From an uncultured Fibrobacteraceae bacterium (GTDB lineage: Bacteria; Krumholzibacteriota; Krumholzibacteriia; LZORAL124-64-63), in NCBI GenBank assembly GCA_964384055.1, contig CAYLIV010000012.1, positions 1,635-65,634 of the forward strand: DNA of 64,000 bases, in the 5' to 3' direction. Positions 38,732 through 48,458 of this stretch are shown piece after piece. The notes under the pieces are model-generated. The model had not been told where the DNA came from, did not search any database, and saw only the letters and a list, made by a program, of their open reading frames with translations. Each line of letters opens with the position of its first letter. Position 1 is the stretch's first letter. Both the position numbers and the translations under genes were made by a program.

Positions 38732-40707
38732 TCATGTTCTGGGACGTCGTTCTTCTTGTGGCGGCGCTGGCGGTGTTGCTGCCGACGGGTGTGGTCTGCC
38801 TCGAGATATGTGCCGCCCTGTTGCCGGTTGCCGGTCGCCGCCCGCGAGGGGAGGAGACGCCGCGGCCATGCGTGGCGGTTCTGATACCGGCCCACGACGA
38901 GGCGACGGTGATCGGTGATACGCTGGCTGCGCTCGGCGGGCAGCTCGCGCCGGGCGACCGCCTGGTCGTCGTGGCCGACAATTGCGGCGACCAGACCGCG
39001 CAGATCGCCGCGTCCGCCGGCGCGGAGGTATGCCGGCGCGACGAGCCGGACCGTCGCGGCAAGGGCTTTGCCCTGGAATTCGGGTTGCGCCATCTCGAGA
39101 CGGATCCGCCCGACGTCGTCGTCTTCATCGACGCCGACTGCATTGCGCAACCGCACGCCGTCGACCTGCTGAGTCGCCGCGCCGCGGCGACCGGACGACC
39201 GGTACAGGCAAGCTATCTGCTGGCGCCGCCGCAAGATGCGGGTCCGCGGCAGCTCCTGGCGTCACTGGCATTCCTCGTCAAGAACCTGGTCCGTCCGTGG
39301 GGTCTGCACCGGCTGGGCCTGCCCTGTCTGCTGACCGGTTCGGGCATGGCCTTCCCGTGGCCCGCGATCCGCTCCATCGACGTGGGCAGCGGCGCCATCG
39401 TGGAGGACATGCAATTCGCCGTCGATCTGGCGCTGGCCGGTTTTGCGCCGCGGTTCTGCCGGCGCGCCGAGGTCCACGGTCGTTTCCCCGCCGACGAGCG
39501 CGCGGCGCGCGGTCAGCGCACCCGCTGGGAACACGGTCACCTGGCGACCCTGCTGACGCAGGGCCCGCGGCTGTGTCGCGCCGCCTTCGGGCAGCGGCGG
39601 CCGAAGCTGCTCGCGCTGATGGGCGAGCTGGCGGTACCGCCGCTCGCGTTACTCGTACTCCTGTCGGTGGCAATGCTGACCCTCACGATCGTGGCCGGTC
39701 TGGCCGGTGCGGCCTGGCTGCCGGCGCGGTTGATCCTGTTTGGTCTGTTGCTGCTCGGCGCGGCCGTCGTCGCCACCTGGGCGCGTTTCGGCCGGCGGTT
39801 CTTGCCGGGTAGAGCGCTGCTGGCGGCACCGTTCTACGTGCTGGGCAAGATCCCGCTCTATTTCAGGTTCCTCGTGCGACGGCAGAAGGAATGGGTGCGC
39901 ACGCAGCGCGATACCGAGCCGCTGTCCATCGACTCGCTGCGGACGATCGAGCTCTACGGCGCCCAGCTGCACGGCATAACCGAACCCCAGTGCATCGAGC
40001 TGATTCTCGACGAGATCGATCGGGGCGCCGGCGGTTCGGTCGTGACCATGAATCTGGATCACCTGCGTCGATACGCGCGGCACGATTCGTACAAGCAGCT
40101 GTGCCGGCAAGCGCGGCTGGTGGTCGCCGACGGCATGCCGCTGGTCTGGGCGAGCCGGCTGCAGGGCACGCCGCTGCCGGTACGTGTGGCGGGATCGAAC
40201 CTGGTCGAGACGCTCAGCGCCGGTGCCGCCGGTCGCGGTCGTTCGGTCTTTCTGCTCGGCGGCGATCCCGGCATGGCCGAGGCGAGCGCCGAGAACCTAG
40301 GGCGTGAACTGCCCGGCCTGCGCGTGGCCGGTACCTACTTTCCCGAATTCGGTTTCGAACAGGACGCCCTGCAACTGCAACGCCTGGTAACGGCGCTCCA
40401 GACGGCGCAGCCGGACATCGTTTTCGTCGCCCTGGGTTCGCCGAAACAGGAGCAGCTCATCGCCGATCTGCGTCACGTGCTGCCCGCCGCCTGGTGGCTG
40501 GGTGTGGGTATCAGTTTCAGCTTCGTGGGCGGCGAGATATCCCGCGCGCCCGGGTGGATGCAGCGCGGCGGTCTGGAGTGGTTGCACCGCCTGTACCAGG
40601 AGCCTCGCCGCCTGGCCGGACGTTACCTGCTCCAGGGTCTGCCGTTTGTGTTGCGCCTTTTCGGATCGGTGTTGTGGCAGCGTTTGCGGGGCAAGTCGAA
40701 CCGCTGA
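38728..40707 (+). CDS. Fused GT2 glycosyltransferase and WecB/TagA/CpsF glycosyltransferase
   Basis: GT2 part: IPAHDE, VADNC, GKG.AL, DAD, VED, QR.RW. WecG part: ADGMPLVW, RVAGS, FLLGG, VALGSPKQE, GLEWLHRL.QEPRRL..RY. Single reading frame. Confidence 0.9.
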   Translation: MIMFWDVVLLVAALAVLLPTGVVCLEICAALLPVAGRRPRGEETPRPCVAVLIPAHDEATVIGDTLAALGGQLAPGDRLVVVADNCGDQTAQIAASAGAEVCRRDEPDRRGKGFALEFGLRHLETDPPDVVVFIDADCIAQPHAVDLLSRRAAATGRPVQASYLLAPPQDAGPRQLLASLAFLVKNLVRPWGLHRLGLPCLLTGSGMAFPWPAIRSIDVGSGAIVEDMQFAVDLALAGFAPRFCRRAEVHGRFPADERAARGQRTRWEHGHLATLLTQGPRLCRAAFGQRRPKLLALMGELAVPPLALLVLLSVAMLTLTIVAGLAGAAWLPARLILFGLLLLGAAVVATWARFGRRFLPGRALLAAPFYVLGKIPLYFRFLVRRQKEWVRTQRDTEPLSIDSLRTIELYGAQLHGITEPQCIELILDEIDRGAGGSVVTMNLDHLRRYARHDSYKQLCRQARLVVADGMPLVWASRLQGTPLPVRVAGSNLVETLSAGAAGRGRSVFLLGGDPGMAEASAENLGRELPGLRVAGTYFPEFGFEQDALQLQRLVTALQTAQPDIVFVALGSPKQEQLIADLRHVLPAAWWLGVGISFSFVGGEISRAPGWMQRGGLEWLHRLYQEPRRLAGRYLLQGLPFVLRLFGSVLWQRLRGKSNR

Positions 40708-40752
40708 TCACCGGTCGACCGTACAGGGCATTACCATATATATGACAACGTA

Positions 40753-41727
40753 TTATAGCGTTCGGTCAGTCCTGCGGCTCCACACTCGTCGCCAGGCTTT
40801 GCGAACGAGACGAGGACTGATCCGTAGCCGCATGCGATCGAGCAGGAAGTTCCGGGCCGACCACAGCCACCGCGCGTCGTCCCGTGTTTCCAGGCAGTAG
40901 CCCAGCCGCGCTTGACACTCGCCGGCGATCCAGTTGAAGCGCTCGTGCCGCGACCGTCCCCAGTGGGCAAAGCGGCGCAGCGGATCGAAATCCGCGGTTT
41001 TTTGGACCGGATGCCAGTGTACTTCCTTCTCGCCCTGCTTGATCAACTCCGAGGAACCGGATACGGGCAGATCGAGGGCGCCGGCGAAATCGAAAGCCGC
41101 CGCCGGCAGGTCCAGAAAATCGAAGACTCGCCGCAGCGTGTTTTCGGCGTCGCTGACCAGGTCTTCGTACTTGACGATCAGGAACTGCCCGGCGAAGTGC
41201 CCGGGATCGTCGGCGAGTTGCAGGATCCGCCGGGCGCCGCTCGCCCAGTAGCGCATGGTCCAGTCGTAGTCCCAGCCGAAGCTACGCACGCCCGACTCGG
41301 TGACCGCCCGTCCGTCCCGGACCACGAGCAACAACTGCGCACGAGGGAAGAACTCGAAAAAACACTGGAGATTCTCGACACTCGGCGTCTTGGTCAACAA
41401 GCGCCGGGAATCGCTTGCCTGTTTCTGGCGGTTCAGGAAGGTGATCAATCCGTCGCCGATGTTTTCCAGCAACACAGTGGGCGGACCGACCACGCCCGGT
41501 ACATCCCAGTCCGCACTCCAGCGCCGGTAGACGGCGTCTGCGTAGTCGACGAGCAACTGTGCGTCGTTGAGCAGGAAGTTCTCCCAGATCGGCCCGACCC
41601 GTTCGCAATCCGGGTGCAGGCCGAGCAGATTGAACAGGAAATTGGTGCCGCTGCGCTGGGATATGCCGAGGATGAAGATGGGATCGGGCACGGACCGGCT
41701 ATGGCGATCGTCCACGGGACTGGGCAT
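40753..41727 (-). CDS. PAPS-dependent sulfotransferase family protein
   Basis: PIFILGISQRSGTNFL (5'-PSB), KTPS, VRDGRAV (3'-PB), VKYEDLV; RBS GAGGAG. Confidence 0.88.
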   Translation of the reverse strand: MPSPVDDRHSRSVPDPIFILGISQRSGTNFLFNLLGLHPDCERVGPIWENFLLNDAQLLVDYADAVYRRWSADWDVPGVVGPPTVLLENIGDGLITFLNRQKQASDSRRLLTKTPSVENLQCFFEFFPRAQLLLVVRDGRAVTESGVRSFGWDYDWTMRYWASGARRILQLADDPGHFAGQFLIVKYEDLVSDAENTLRRVFDFLDLPAAAFDFAGALDLPVSGSSELIKQGEKEVHWHPVQKTADFDPLRRFAHWGRSRHERFNWIAGECQARLGYCLETRDDARWLWSARNFLLDRMRLRISPRLVRKAWRRVWSRRTDRTL

Positions 41728-41817
41728 GCGAACACGAACTCCTCGCTGGTCGGTCGCGATCCGCCGCCGCCGACGCGGCCGGAAACGCCGCTCGCCGGAC
41801 AGCCGGTACGGTTTGGC

Positions 41818-41871
41818 GGACGATCCGGACAATTCGGATGATCCGGATGATCCGGATGATCCGGATGATCG
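41818..41871. repeat. 9-bp tandem repeat (GGATGATCC), six units, degenerate at the ends
   Basis: ggacgatcc ggacaattc ggatgatcc ggatgatcc ggatgatcc ggatgatcg. Confidence 0.9.
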
Positions 41872-41899
41872 ACCGCCAGCGAAGTGTAACCAGCGTCGC

Positions 41900-44545
41900 T
41901 TATTTTAACAACGTCATCTTCCGGGTTTCTGTGTGCGTACCGGCTTTCAGCTCGTACACGTAGACACCGCTGGCGACTTCCCGGTCAGCCGCGTCCCGCC
42001 CGTTCCACCGGAACTCGTACGAGCCCGCCGGTTGCCGTTCCTGGACCAGGCACCGCACGAGGCGTCCCGCGGCGTCATGGATGTTCAACGTTACCGGCGT
42101 TTCGCGCGACAGGTGATAGCGTATCGTCGTCGCCGCGTTGAAGGGATTGGGCTGGTTCTGTTCCAGCCGCGCCGAAACGACCGCCGGCGGTTGCTCGTCC
42201 ACCGCGACGACCTGGTACACCAGATCCCGTTCGTACACGCCGTTGCCGTAGGTGGACACCCGCAAGTGGCGGCTGGTCGGCGAGATGGTCAGGTCCATGG
42301 CCACGACTGCATCGGGCAGGCCGGTGCTGTATTCGTACCAGTTCGCACCACCGTCGTCGGTGTAGTACACGCCGATGTCGTTGCCCACGTACACGTGATC
42401 GGACTGCCGGGGATCGACGATCACCGACGAGGTCGGCACATCGGGCAACGCGGCGCCGATATCCTGCCAGCTGCCGCCGCCGTCGGTCGTCCGGAACACG
42501 TGCGAGGTGCCGAAACCGGAGAAGGTTACGTACGCCGTCTGGTCGTCGTCGGGATCGATGGCCAGGCCCACCGGGTAGCGGTCGGGCAGCGATCCGGTGA
42601 TGTCGGCGAAGGTGGCGCCGCCGTCGGTGGTGACGAAGACACCGGCGTGGGAGTAGACCGGCGCCGTCGTCACGTACACGATGTTCGCGTCGTTACGCGA
42701 CACCTCCAGGGCGATGGCGGGATTCCCATCGAGAGCCAGGCCGCCGTTGGTGCCGTTCCAGTTGAAGCCGCCGTTCGTCGATTTGGCGACCTTGCTGCCC
42801 GCGGCGTAGATGGTTTCGCCGCCCAGCAGCCCGGTACCGGTGGCGAAGGGCGCGATGAAACCCGGTTCGCCGATCAGGTTCGAGGGCGGTTCGACGGAGA
42901 ACCAGCTGTCGCCGGAGTCGAACGACTTGAACATCTGCAGATACTGCGCCGAACCATAGAGGTAGGAATCGTTGTTGGGGTCGATCGCCGTGCAGCTGCC
43001 GTCGCCGCCGATGGCCCGGAACCAGGCGTTGGTACCGAAATAGATGGCCGTCGAGTTATCCTGCATCCCGCCCAGGGCCAGGTGCGAATCCCGTTGCGAC
43101 GATGAGAAACCCGCGTAGAACTGCTGGCTCTGGTAGCCGCCGTTGCACCCGGAGAAGGTCTCGCCCCCGTCCAGGCTGCGGAACACGCCGCCGTCATTGG
43201 CGAAATAGATTATGTCGGAATCGGTGGGATGGAAGACGATGTCGTGGTGGTCGGCATGGGAATAGTTCGGCGGTCCCTCGGGCCCGCCGGGTTCAGTCTG
43301 GCCGAAGTACCACAACGACCATTCGGATTTCTGGTTCAGACTGTTGCCGCCGGCAGTGGATTTCCAGATATCGATACCCGCGGCCATGACCTGGTTCACG
43401 TCGTCATGCGCGACGGCCACGTCATGGGCGAACCAGCCCTGCCAGCGCGAGTAATCGACGTTGGAACGCAGCTGCCAGGTGTTGCCGCCGTCCAGGGTTC
43501 TGACCAGTCGCGTCCAGTACGAACCCACATCGCCGTTGCCGATACTCGCGTAGACGACGCCGGGCAACGAGGCGCCCACCGCCAGTTGCGCCTTGCCGTC
43601 CCAGCCGGCGGGGATGACGCCGGTCTGGGACATCAGTGACCACGAACCGCCACCGTCGGTCGTGCGGTAGATGCCGGTGCCCGGACTCTGCATGTCGCCG
43701 CAGGCGATGAACACCCGGCTGGTGTCGCCGGGGTCGATGACCAGATCCATGACCATGATAGTGTCGTCGACCTGGGTCCAGCTCGCGCCGCTGTCAGTGG
43801 ATTTGTAGGTGCCCTCGGTCGTGCCGGCCCAGACCGTGTGGGGATTGAGCGGATTGATCCGTACCGCCCAGATGCCCCGCTGCTGCTGGTATGACCAGTC
43901 CAGGCTCTTGGTCCAGGTCATACCGCCGTCGGTCGTCTTCAGGATGCCCATGCCGTAGCTACCGCGCGTGTGCCGCACGGTGATGCCGCCCTGGGTGTCG
44001 TAGTAGCTGTACACTTCGCCGGTACCGATGTACACGGTGTTCGAATCGCCGGGATCGATGGCGATGGTGCTGACACCGAGCACCGGATGGCCGGTCGAAA
44101 CATAATGCCAGGCCGCGGCGCCGACCCCGCCCGTATAACTTCGCCAGAGACCGCCGCTTGCCGCCCCGGCGTACACGGTCAGCGGATTCTGGGGATTGAG
44201 TGCGATCGCCAGCGTACGTCCGCCGATGTTGTGGGGACCGAGTTCCTGCCACGGCTCCTTGGCGCCCGGTCTCTCGGCGCCGCCTTTTTCCCAATCCGCT
44301 CCCAGCGACGCCTTGGAATAGACATAGGCGTCGTAGTGACCCCGCGTCGGCAGGGTCTTGTTCGGATAAGCGCGTTGCGCCGTCCAGAAATCGAACGCGC
44401 CGCGAGCGCCGGAGACTCTCTCGTCTGCACGGTGATGGTGTGCGGCCCGCGAATCGGGTTGCGCCGGATGGTGCCGCTGGACCACGAGGATGGATCCGAT
44501 CGACACGACAGTCAACGACACCAGCAGAAACACGAATTTTTTCAT
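41900..44545 (-). CDS. Secreted Vps10/sortilin-like BNR-repeat beta-propeller protein with FlgD-Ig CTD
   Basis: W.ELGP.NIGGR, multiple Asp-box repeats (S/T.DGG.TW), HADHH, ANDGGV, GGMQDN, LPDVP; PNPFNAATT CTD. Confidence 0.88.
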   Translation of the reverse strand: MKKFVFLLVSLTVVSIGSILVVQRHHPAQPDSRAAHHHRADERVSGARGAFDFWTAQRAYPNKTLPTRGHYDAYVYSKASLGADWEKGGAERPGAKEPWQELGPHNIGGRTLAIALNPQNPLTVYAGAASGGLWRSYTGGVGAAAWHYVSTGHPVLGVSTIAIDPGDSNTVYIGTGEVYSYYDTQGGITVRHTRGSYGMGILKTTDGGMTWTKSLDWSYQQQRGIWAVRINPLNPHTVWAGTTEGTYKSTDSGASWTQVDDTIMVMDLVIDPGDTSRVFIACGDMQSPGTGIYRTTDGGGSWSLMSQTGVIPAGWDGKAQLAVGASLPGVVYASIGNGDVGSYWTRLVRTLDGGNTWQLRSNVDYSRWQGWFAHDVAVAHDDVNQVMAAGIDIWKSTAGGNSLNQKSEWSLWYFGQTEPGGPEGPPNYSHADHHDIVFHPTDSDIIYFANDGGVFRSLDGGETFSGCNGGYQSQQFYAGFSSSQRDSHLALGGMQDNSTAIYFGTNAWFRAIGGDGSCTAIDPNNDSYLYGSAQYLQMFKSFDSGDSWFSVEPPSNLIGEPGFIAPFATGTGLLGGETIYAAGSKVAKSTNGGFNWNGTNGGLALDGNPAIALEVSRNDANIVYVTTAPVYSHAGVFVTTDGGATFADITGSLPDRYPVGLAIDPDDDQTAYVTFSGFGTSHVFRTTDGGGSWQDIGAALPDVPTSSVIVDPRQSDHVYVGNDIGVYYTDDGGANWYEYSTGLPDAVVAMDLTISPTSRHLRVSTYGNGVYERDLVYQVVAVDEQPPAVVSARLEQNQPNPFNAATTIRYHLSRETPVTLNIHDAAGRLVRCLVQERQPAGSYEFRWNGRDAADREVASGVYVYELKAGTHTETRKMTLLK

Positions 44546-44786
44546 GGTAGTCACCGCCAGGAGAGCGAGTTGCGTCGGGGAGACGAACAGCATGAGTATA
44601 CAGGAAAAGTTCGGTCGGGTACAGGGCCCGGCGGGGCGGTGGCGCTCGATCCAACCGCAACTCGACCGTTCGGCGGGCAAGAGAAAATGCGTGACCACCA
44701 CCGCATGGGCATTCTAGTATCTGTCCTCTGACCTGATCTCTGGCCGCCGTGCGGTCGAGTGTCACCACCGGCTCTGGGAGATACTT

Positions 44787-46070
44787 GTGAACCTCTTCGA
44801 CGGCATCGCGATCCTGTTGACCCTGGCGGCCGTGTTCGGCTATCTCAACGCCCGCTTCCTGAAGCTCGAACCCTCGGTGGGCTTGCTGCTGATCAGCCTG
44901 GTCAGCTCGCTCTTCGTGCTGGCGCTGAGCTGGCTGATGCCGCAGTTCGATCTGATCACGATGGTCCGCCAGTACCTGACCAACATCGATTTCAACAAGG
45001 CCCTCATGCACGGCATGCTCGGCTTTCTGCTCTTCGCGGGGGCGCTGCACGCCGATCTCGACTATTTCGTCAAGCGCAAGTGGACGATCATTCTGCTGGC
45101 ATCGGTCGGTCTGCTCATGTCGACCTTTCTGGTGGCGCTGATGAGCAAGGGCGTTTTCAACTGGCTGGGGCTGGAAGCGTCGTTCCTGGCCTGCCTGGTC
45201 TTCGGCTCCCTGATCTCGCCCACCGATCCCATCGCGGTGATGGGCACGCTGAAAACCCTGCATGCGCCGCCCGAACTGGAGGCCAAGATCGCGGGCGAGT
45301 CGTTGTTCAACGACGGCGTGGCGGTCGTGGTCTTCACCGGACTGGTGGCGCTGTTGCCGGCGGTCACCGGACACGGCGTCGACGCGGGCCAGGGCCATGA
45401 AGCCCACGGCCACGGCGGGATCACCCCGGGCGGCCTGGCGCTCTTCTTCCTGCGCGAAGCCGGCGGCGGCGCCGCGCTCGGCCTGCTCGCTGGCTACGTC
45501 GCCTACCGGTTGATGCTCGCCATCGACGACTACAAGGTCGAGGTCCTGATCAGCCTCGCCCTGGTCATGGGCAGTTACAGCCTCGCCTGGACGCTCCACA
45601 TCTCCGGGCCCATCGCCGTGGTCGTCGCCGGTCTGCTGATAGGCAATCGCGGCCGCAGCTTCGCCATGAGCGACGAGGTCGCCGACTACCTGGAAAAATT
45701 CTGGGAGCTGCTGGACGAGATTCTCAACGCCGTGCTTTTTCTGCTGATCGGTATCGAGGTGCTCGTGGTCGCCTTCCACCTGCTGAGCGCCGCCGCGGGG
45801 TTGATCACCATTCTGATCGTCCTGCTGGCGCGTTTCATCAGCGTGTCCATTCCGCTGTCGCTCCTGCGCAAGAAGTATCGTTTCTCGCCGGGCGCGATCC
45901 GGATCCTGACCTGGGCCGGCTTGCGTGGCGGCATCTCGGTGGCGCTGGCGCTGTCCCTGCCGCCGATTCCGGAGAAACCTTTATTGCTGACCTGCACGTA
46001 TCTGGTTGTGCTATTCTCCATACTCGTGCAGGGGCTGACGATCAAGCGGGTGCTCCGCCGTTACCTCTGA
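44787..46070 (+). CDS. nhaP: Na+/H+ antiporter, CPA1/NhaP family
   Basis: LISPTDPIAV, GESLFNDG, SGPIAVVVAGL, GLRGGISVALALSL, SILVQGLT. Confidence 0.9.
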   Translation: MNLFDGIAILLTLAAVFGYLNARFLKLEPSVGLLLISLVSSLFVLALSWLMPQFDLITMVRQYLTNIDFNKALMHGMLGFLLFAGALHADLDYFVKRKWTIILLASVGLLMSTFLVALMSKGVFNWLGLEASFLACLVFGSLISPTDPIAVMGTLKTLHAPPELEAKIAGESLFNDGVAVVVFTGLVALLPAVTGHGVDAGQGHEAHGHGGITPGGLALFFLREAGGGAALGLLAGYVAYRLMLAIDDYKVEVLISLALVMGSYSLAWTLHISGPIAVVVAGLLIGNRGRSFAMSDEVADYLEKFWELLDEILNAVLFLLIGIEVLVVAFHLLSAAAGLITILIVLLARFISVSIPLSLLRKKYRFSPGAIRILTWAGLRGGISVALALSLPPIPEKPLLLTCTYLVVLFSILVQGLTIKRVLRRYL

Positions 46071-46147
46071 TCCGGCTATGACCGGACGCGGCTCGACCTT
46101 CGACGTGGAGCTGTTCCCTGCCGGCTGACCTTCTCGGGAGGAAGACG

Positions 46148-47458
46148 ATGGCTGACCGTGGCAACGGATCTGCAAAGGAAACCGGATACGGATCGATGTA
46201 CCGCTGGTGGCAGCTGAAGCGGCGGGAGTTTCTCCAGCTGAGCTCGGTCGCCAGTGCGGGTATCGTGCTGGGCACGCCGGCCCTCGGTGAGGATTCGACG
46301 CAGAACAAGCCGGCCGATCCGCCGCCGCGTCCGGCCACGAACATCGACGAAATCAAGCTGATCCCCCGCACGAAGACCTCGTTGCCCGGGCCCTTTCCCG
46401 GCCGGGTCGTGGCCGTGTTCGACGAGCGGGTGGTCGCCGGGCAATCGACCGACGAGAGTGCGGCCGCCGGAGAAGACGCAGCGGGCAATGCCGGGACGGC
46501 CGGCGAGCGACACGTGGATGCCGCGGTCGTGGCGGCCATGTTCGAGCGCGGTCTGCGTGAGTTGACCGGCAAGAGTCCGGCCGAGAGCTTCGATCTGCTG
46601 TTCAGCCACGAAGACATCGTGGGCATCAAACCCAATCCGGTCGGTCCCGGCCTGATCAACACGAACCACGAGCTCGTGGACGCGGTCATCGAGTGGCTGA
46701 CCGCCAACGGTTTGCCCCGGGGCAACATCGTTATCTGGGATCGTTTCGAGTCCATGCTGGCCGACGCCGGTTTCACGCCGGAGCGTTACCCGGGTGTGGG
46801 CGTCGAGGCGCTGCAGATCCTCGACGAAGCCGCCTTCGAGGAAGGCAATACCGACACGAGCGGCTACCTCGATGCCGACGGCAAGCACCTGAGCCGCGAC
46901 CTGTTCGATCCGGACGTGGTCTACTGGGCCGATTGCGAAGCGCCCCAGGACAACAACTACCTCAACCAGCACGTCTTCAACGACAAACGCTCGCCCTTCG
47001 GCAAGTTGATCACCCAGAAGCTGACCAAGATCATCAACCTGCCCGTTTTCAAGAACACGGGCAACGGCATCAGCATGGCGACCAAGAACATCGGCTACGG
47101 CGCTGTGGCCAACACCGGACGGCTGCACCGGCCGCTGTTCTTCGATGTCTGCACCGAGGTGCTCGCCTTCCCGGCGATTCGCGACAAGCTGGTGCTGAAC
47201 ATCACCGACGGCATCCGCGGGCAGTACGACGGCGGGCCGGGTCCGAACGCGAGTTTCATCTACGATCACCACACGCTGTACTTCGCCACCGATCCTTTCG
47301 CGCTCGACATGATCTGCCACGATCTGCTGGTGGAGAAGCGCAAGGAGATGGGGGTGACGGTGAACGAACATCCGCGATTTACCGAGTACCTGCGTTACGC
47401 CGAGCGCCTGGGCCTGGGCATCGCGGATCGTGAAAAGATCAGTGTGGTTCGGGTATGA
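46148..47458 (+). CDS. Tat-exported DUF362 protein (no CTD)
   Basis: LKRREFLQ; VGIKPN, INLPVFKN, ATKN, TDGIRGQYDGGP, TDPFALD. Confidence 0.85.
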   Translation: MADRGNGSAKETGYGSMYRWWQLKRREFLQLSSVASAGIVLGTPALGEDSTQNKPADPPPRPATNIDEIKLIPRTKTSLPGPFPGRVVAVFDERVVAGQSTDESAAAGEDAAGNAGTAGERHVDAAVVAAMFERGLRELTGKSPAESFDLLFSHEDIVGIKPNPVGPGLINTNHELVDAVIEWLTANGLPRGNIVIWDRFESMLADAGFTPERYPGVGVEALQILDEAAFEEGNTDTSGYLDADGKHLSRDLFDPDVVYWADCEAPQDNNYLNQHVFNDKRSPFGKLITQKLTKIINLPVFKNTGNGISMATKNIGYGAVANTGRLHRPLFFDVCTEVLAFPAIRDKLVLNITDGIRGQYDGGPGPNASFIYDHHTLYFATDPFALDMICHDLLVEKRKEMGVTVNEHPRFTEYLRYAERLGLGIADREKISVVRV

Positions 47459-47546
47459 GCCACGACGGTGTGGAGTCGATCGTGGTACCGATCGCGACAC
47501 GGGATTGCGCGGCCGAACCCGATATCGCTCACGGAGAGGATCGCTG

Positions 47547-48458
47547 ATGCGGATCCCAAACCGGTCGCGCGCCGTGACGATGTTGCTCGCGATGATGTCG
47601 CTCGTGATCGGTCTGACCGCCGGCTGTGCAACGAACCCGCCCGCCCTGCCGGCCACCGTGACGGCCGGCGGACCGGACCTGCACTTCGAGCCGCACGGTC
47701 TGTACGGGTACATCAACGGCGGCGCGGAGCTTTTCCTCGAATTCGGATTCACGTCGCTGGACGTCCGGAATTACCGGGTGACAACCGCTGCCGAGGACGG
47801 TGCGAACCCGCGACAGATCGACGTCGAGACGTACCGTATGGCCGACCCGCCCGCCGCGCAGGGTATCTATCTCGCCAAGTGCGGCGATGAGAACCCCGCC
47901 GTCGACGTCGTGGCGCGCAACACGGGCAATCCCTACCAGATAACGGCGGTGGCCGGCTCGCTCTTTCTCCAGGTGAACAACTTCAGCGGCGATGCCGCCT
48001 GTCTGCCAGCCATGACTGCCCTGGCCAACGCGGCGCTGGCGGCCGAAAACGAAACGCCGCCGCTCGCTATCTGGCGGCACCTGCCGTCAGCGGGACGGGT
48101 CGCCGGCAGCGAGTTCCTGTTCCGCGGCCGCTTCGGGCTCGAGCCGGTATTCACCTTCGGCCCCGGCGATGTGTTGCAGATCGAGGGCCAGGCTCTCGGC
48201 GCGGGGGCGAGTTACGATAACGGCGACGGCTCGTTCTGTCGCCGGCTGACTGTCGAGTATCCCGACGCGGTTGCCGCCCGCCGGGCGCTGGTGCATCTGC
48301 AGGACAACCTCGACGCCTACCTCGAGGTGATCGACCGGAACGCCGCCGGACTGATCTTCAAGGATTACGCGGGACAATACGGCATCGTGCGACACGTTGA
48401 CCGGCGGCTCGACATGGCCGTCCGGCTTACCGATGTCCCGCCGCCGTTGACACCGTGA
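47547..48458 (+). CDS. DUF6599-like lipoprotein
   Basis: RBS GGAGAGG; lipobox LTAG-C; LYGYINGGAELFLEFGF, YRMADPPAAQGIY. Confidence 0.75.
   Translation: MRIPNRSRAVTMLLAMMSLVIGLTAGCATNPPALPATVTAGGPDLHFEPHGLYGYINGGAELFLEFGFTSLDVRNYRVTTAAEDGANPRQIDVETYRMADPPAAQGIYLAKCGDENPAVDVVARNTGNPYQITAVAGSLFLQVNNFSGDAACLPAMTALANAALAAENETPPLAIWRHLPSAGRVAGSEFLFRGRFGLEPVFTFGPGDVLQIEGQALGAGASYDNGDGSFCRRLTVEYPDAVAARRALVHLQDNLDAYLEVIDRNAAGLIFKDYAGQYGIVRHVDRRLDMAVRLTDVPPPLTP

Noticed and set aside
40728-40760. AT-rich CATATATATG palindrome in a convergent gap, considered as a dif site
   Set aside because: It matches the XerC and XerD half-site consensus poorly.
41818-41871. Tandem repeat considered as a CRISPR array
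   Set aside because: The units are 9 bp with no spacers, and there are no cas genes.
47577-47608. Near-direct repeat GATGTTGCTCGCGAT / GATGTCGCTCGTGAT
   Set aside because: It lies within a hydrophobic signal-peptide coding region and is likely incidental.
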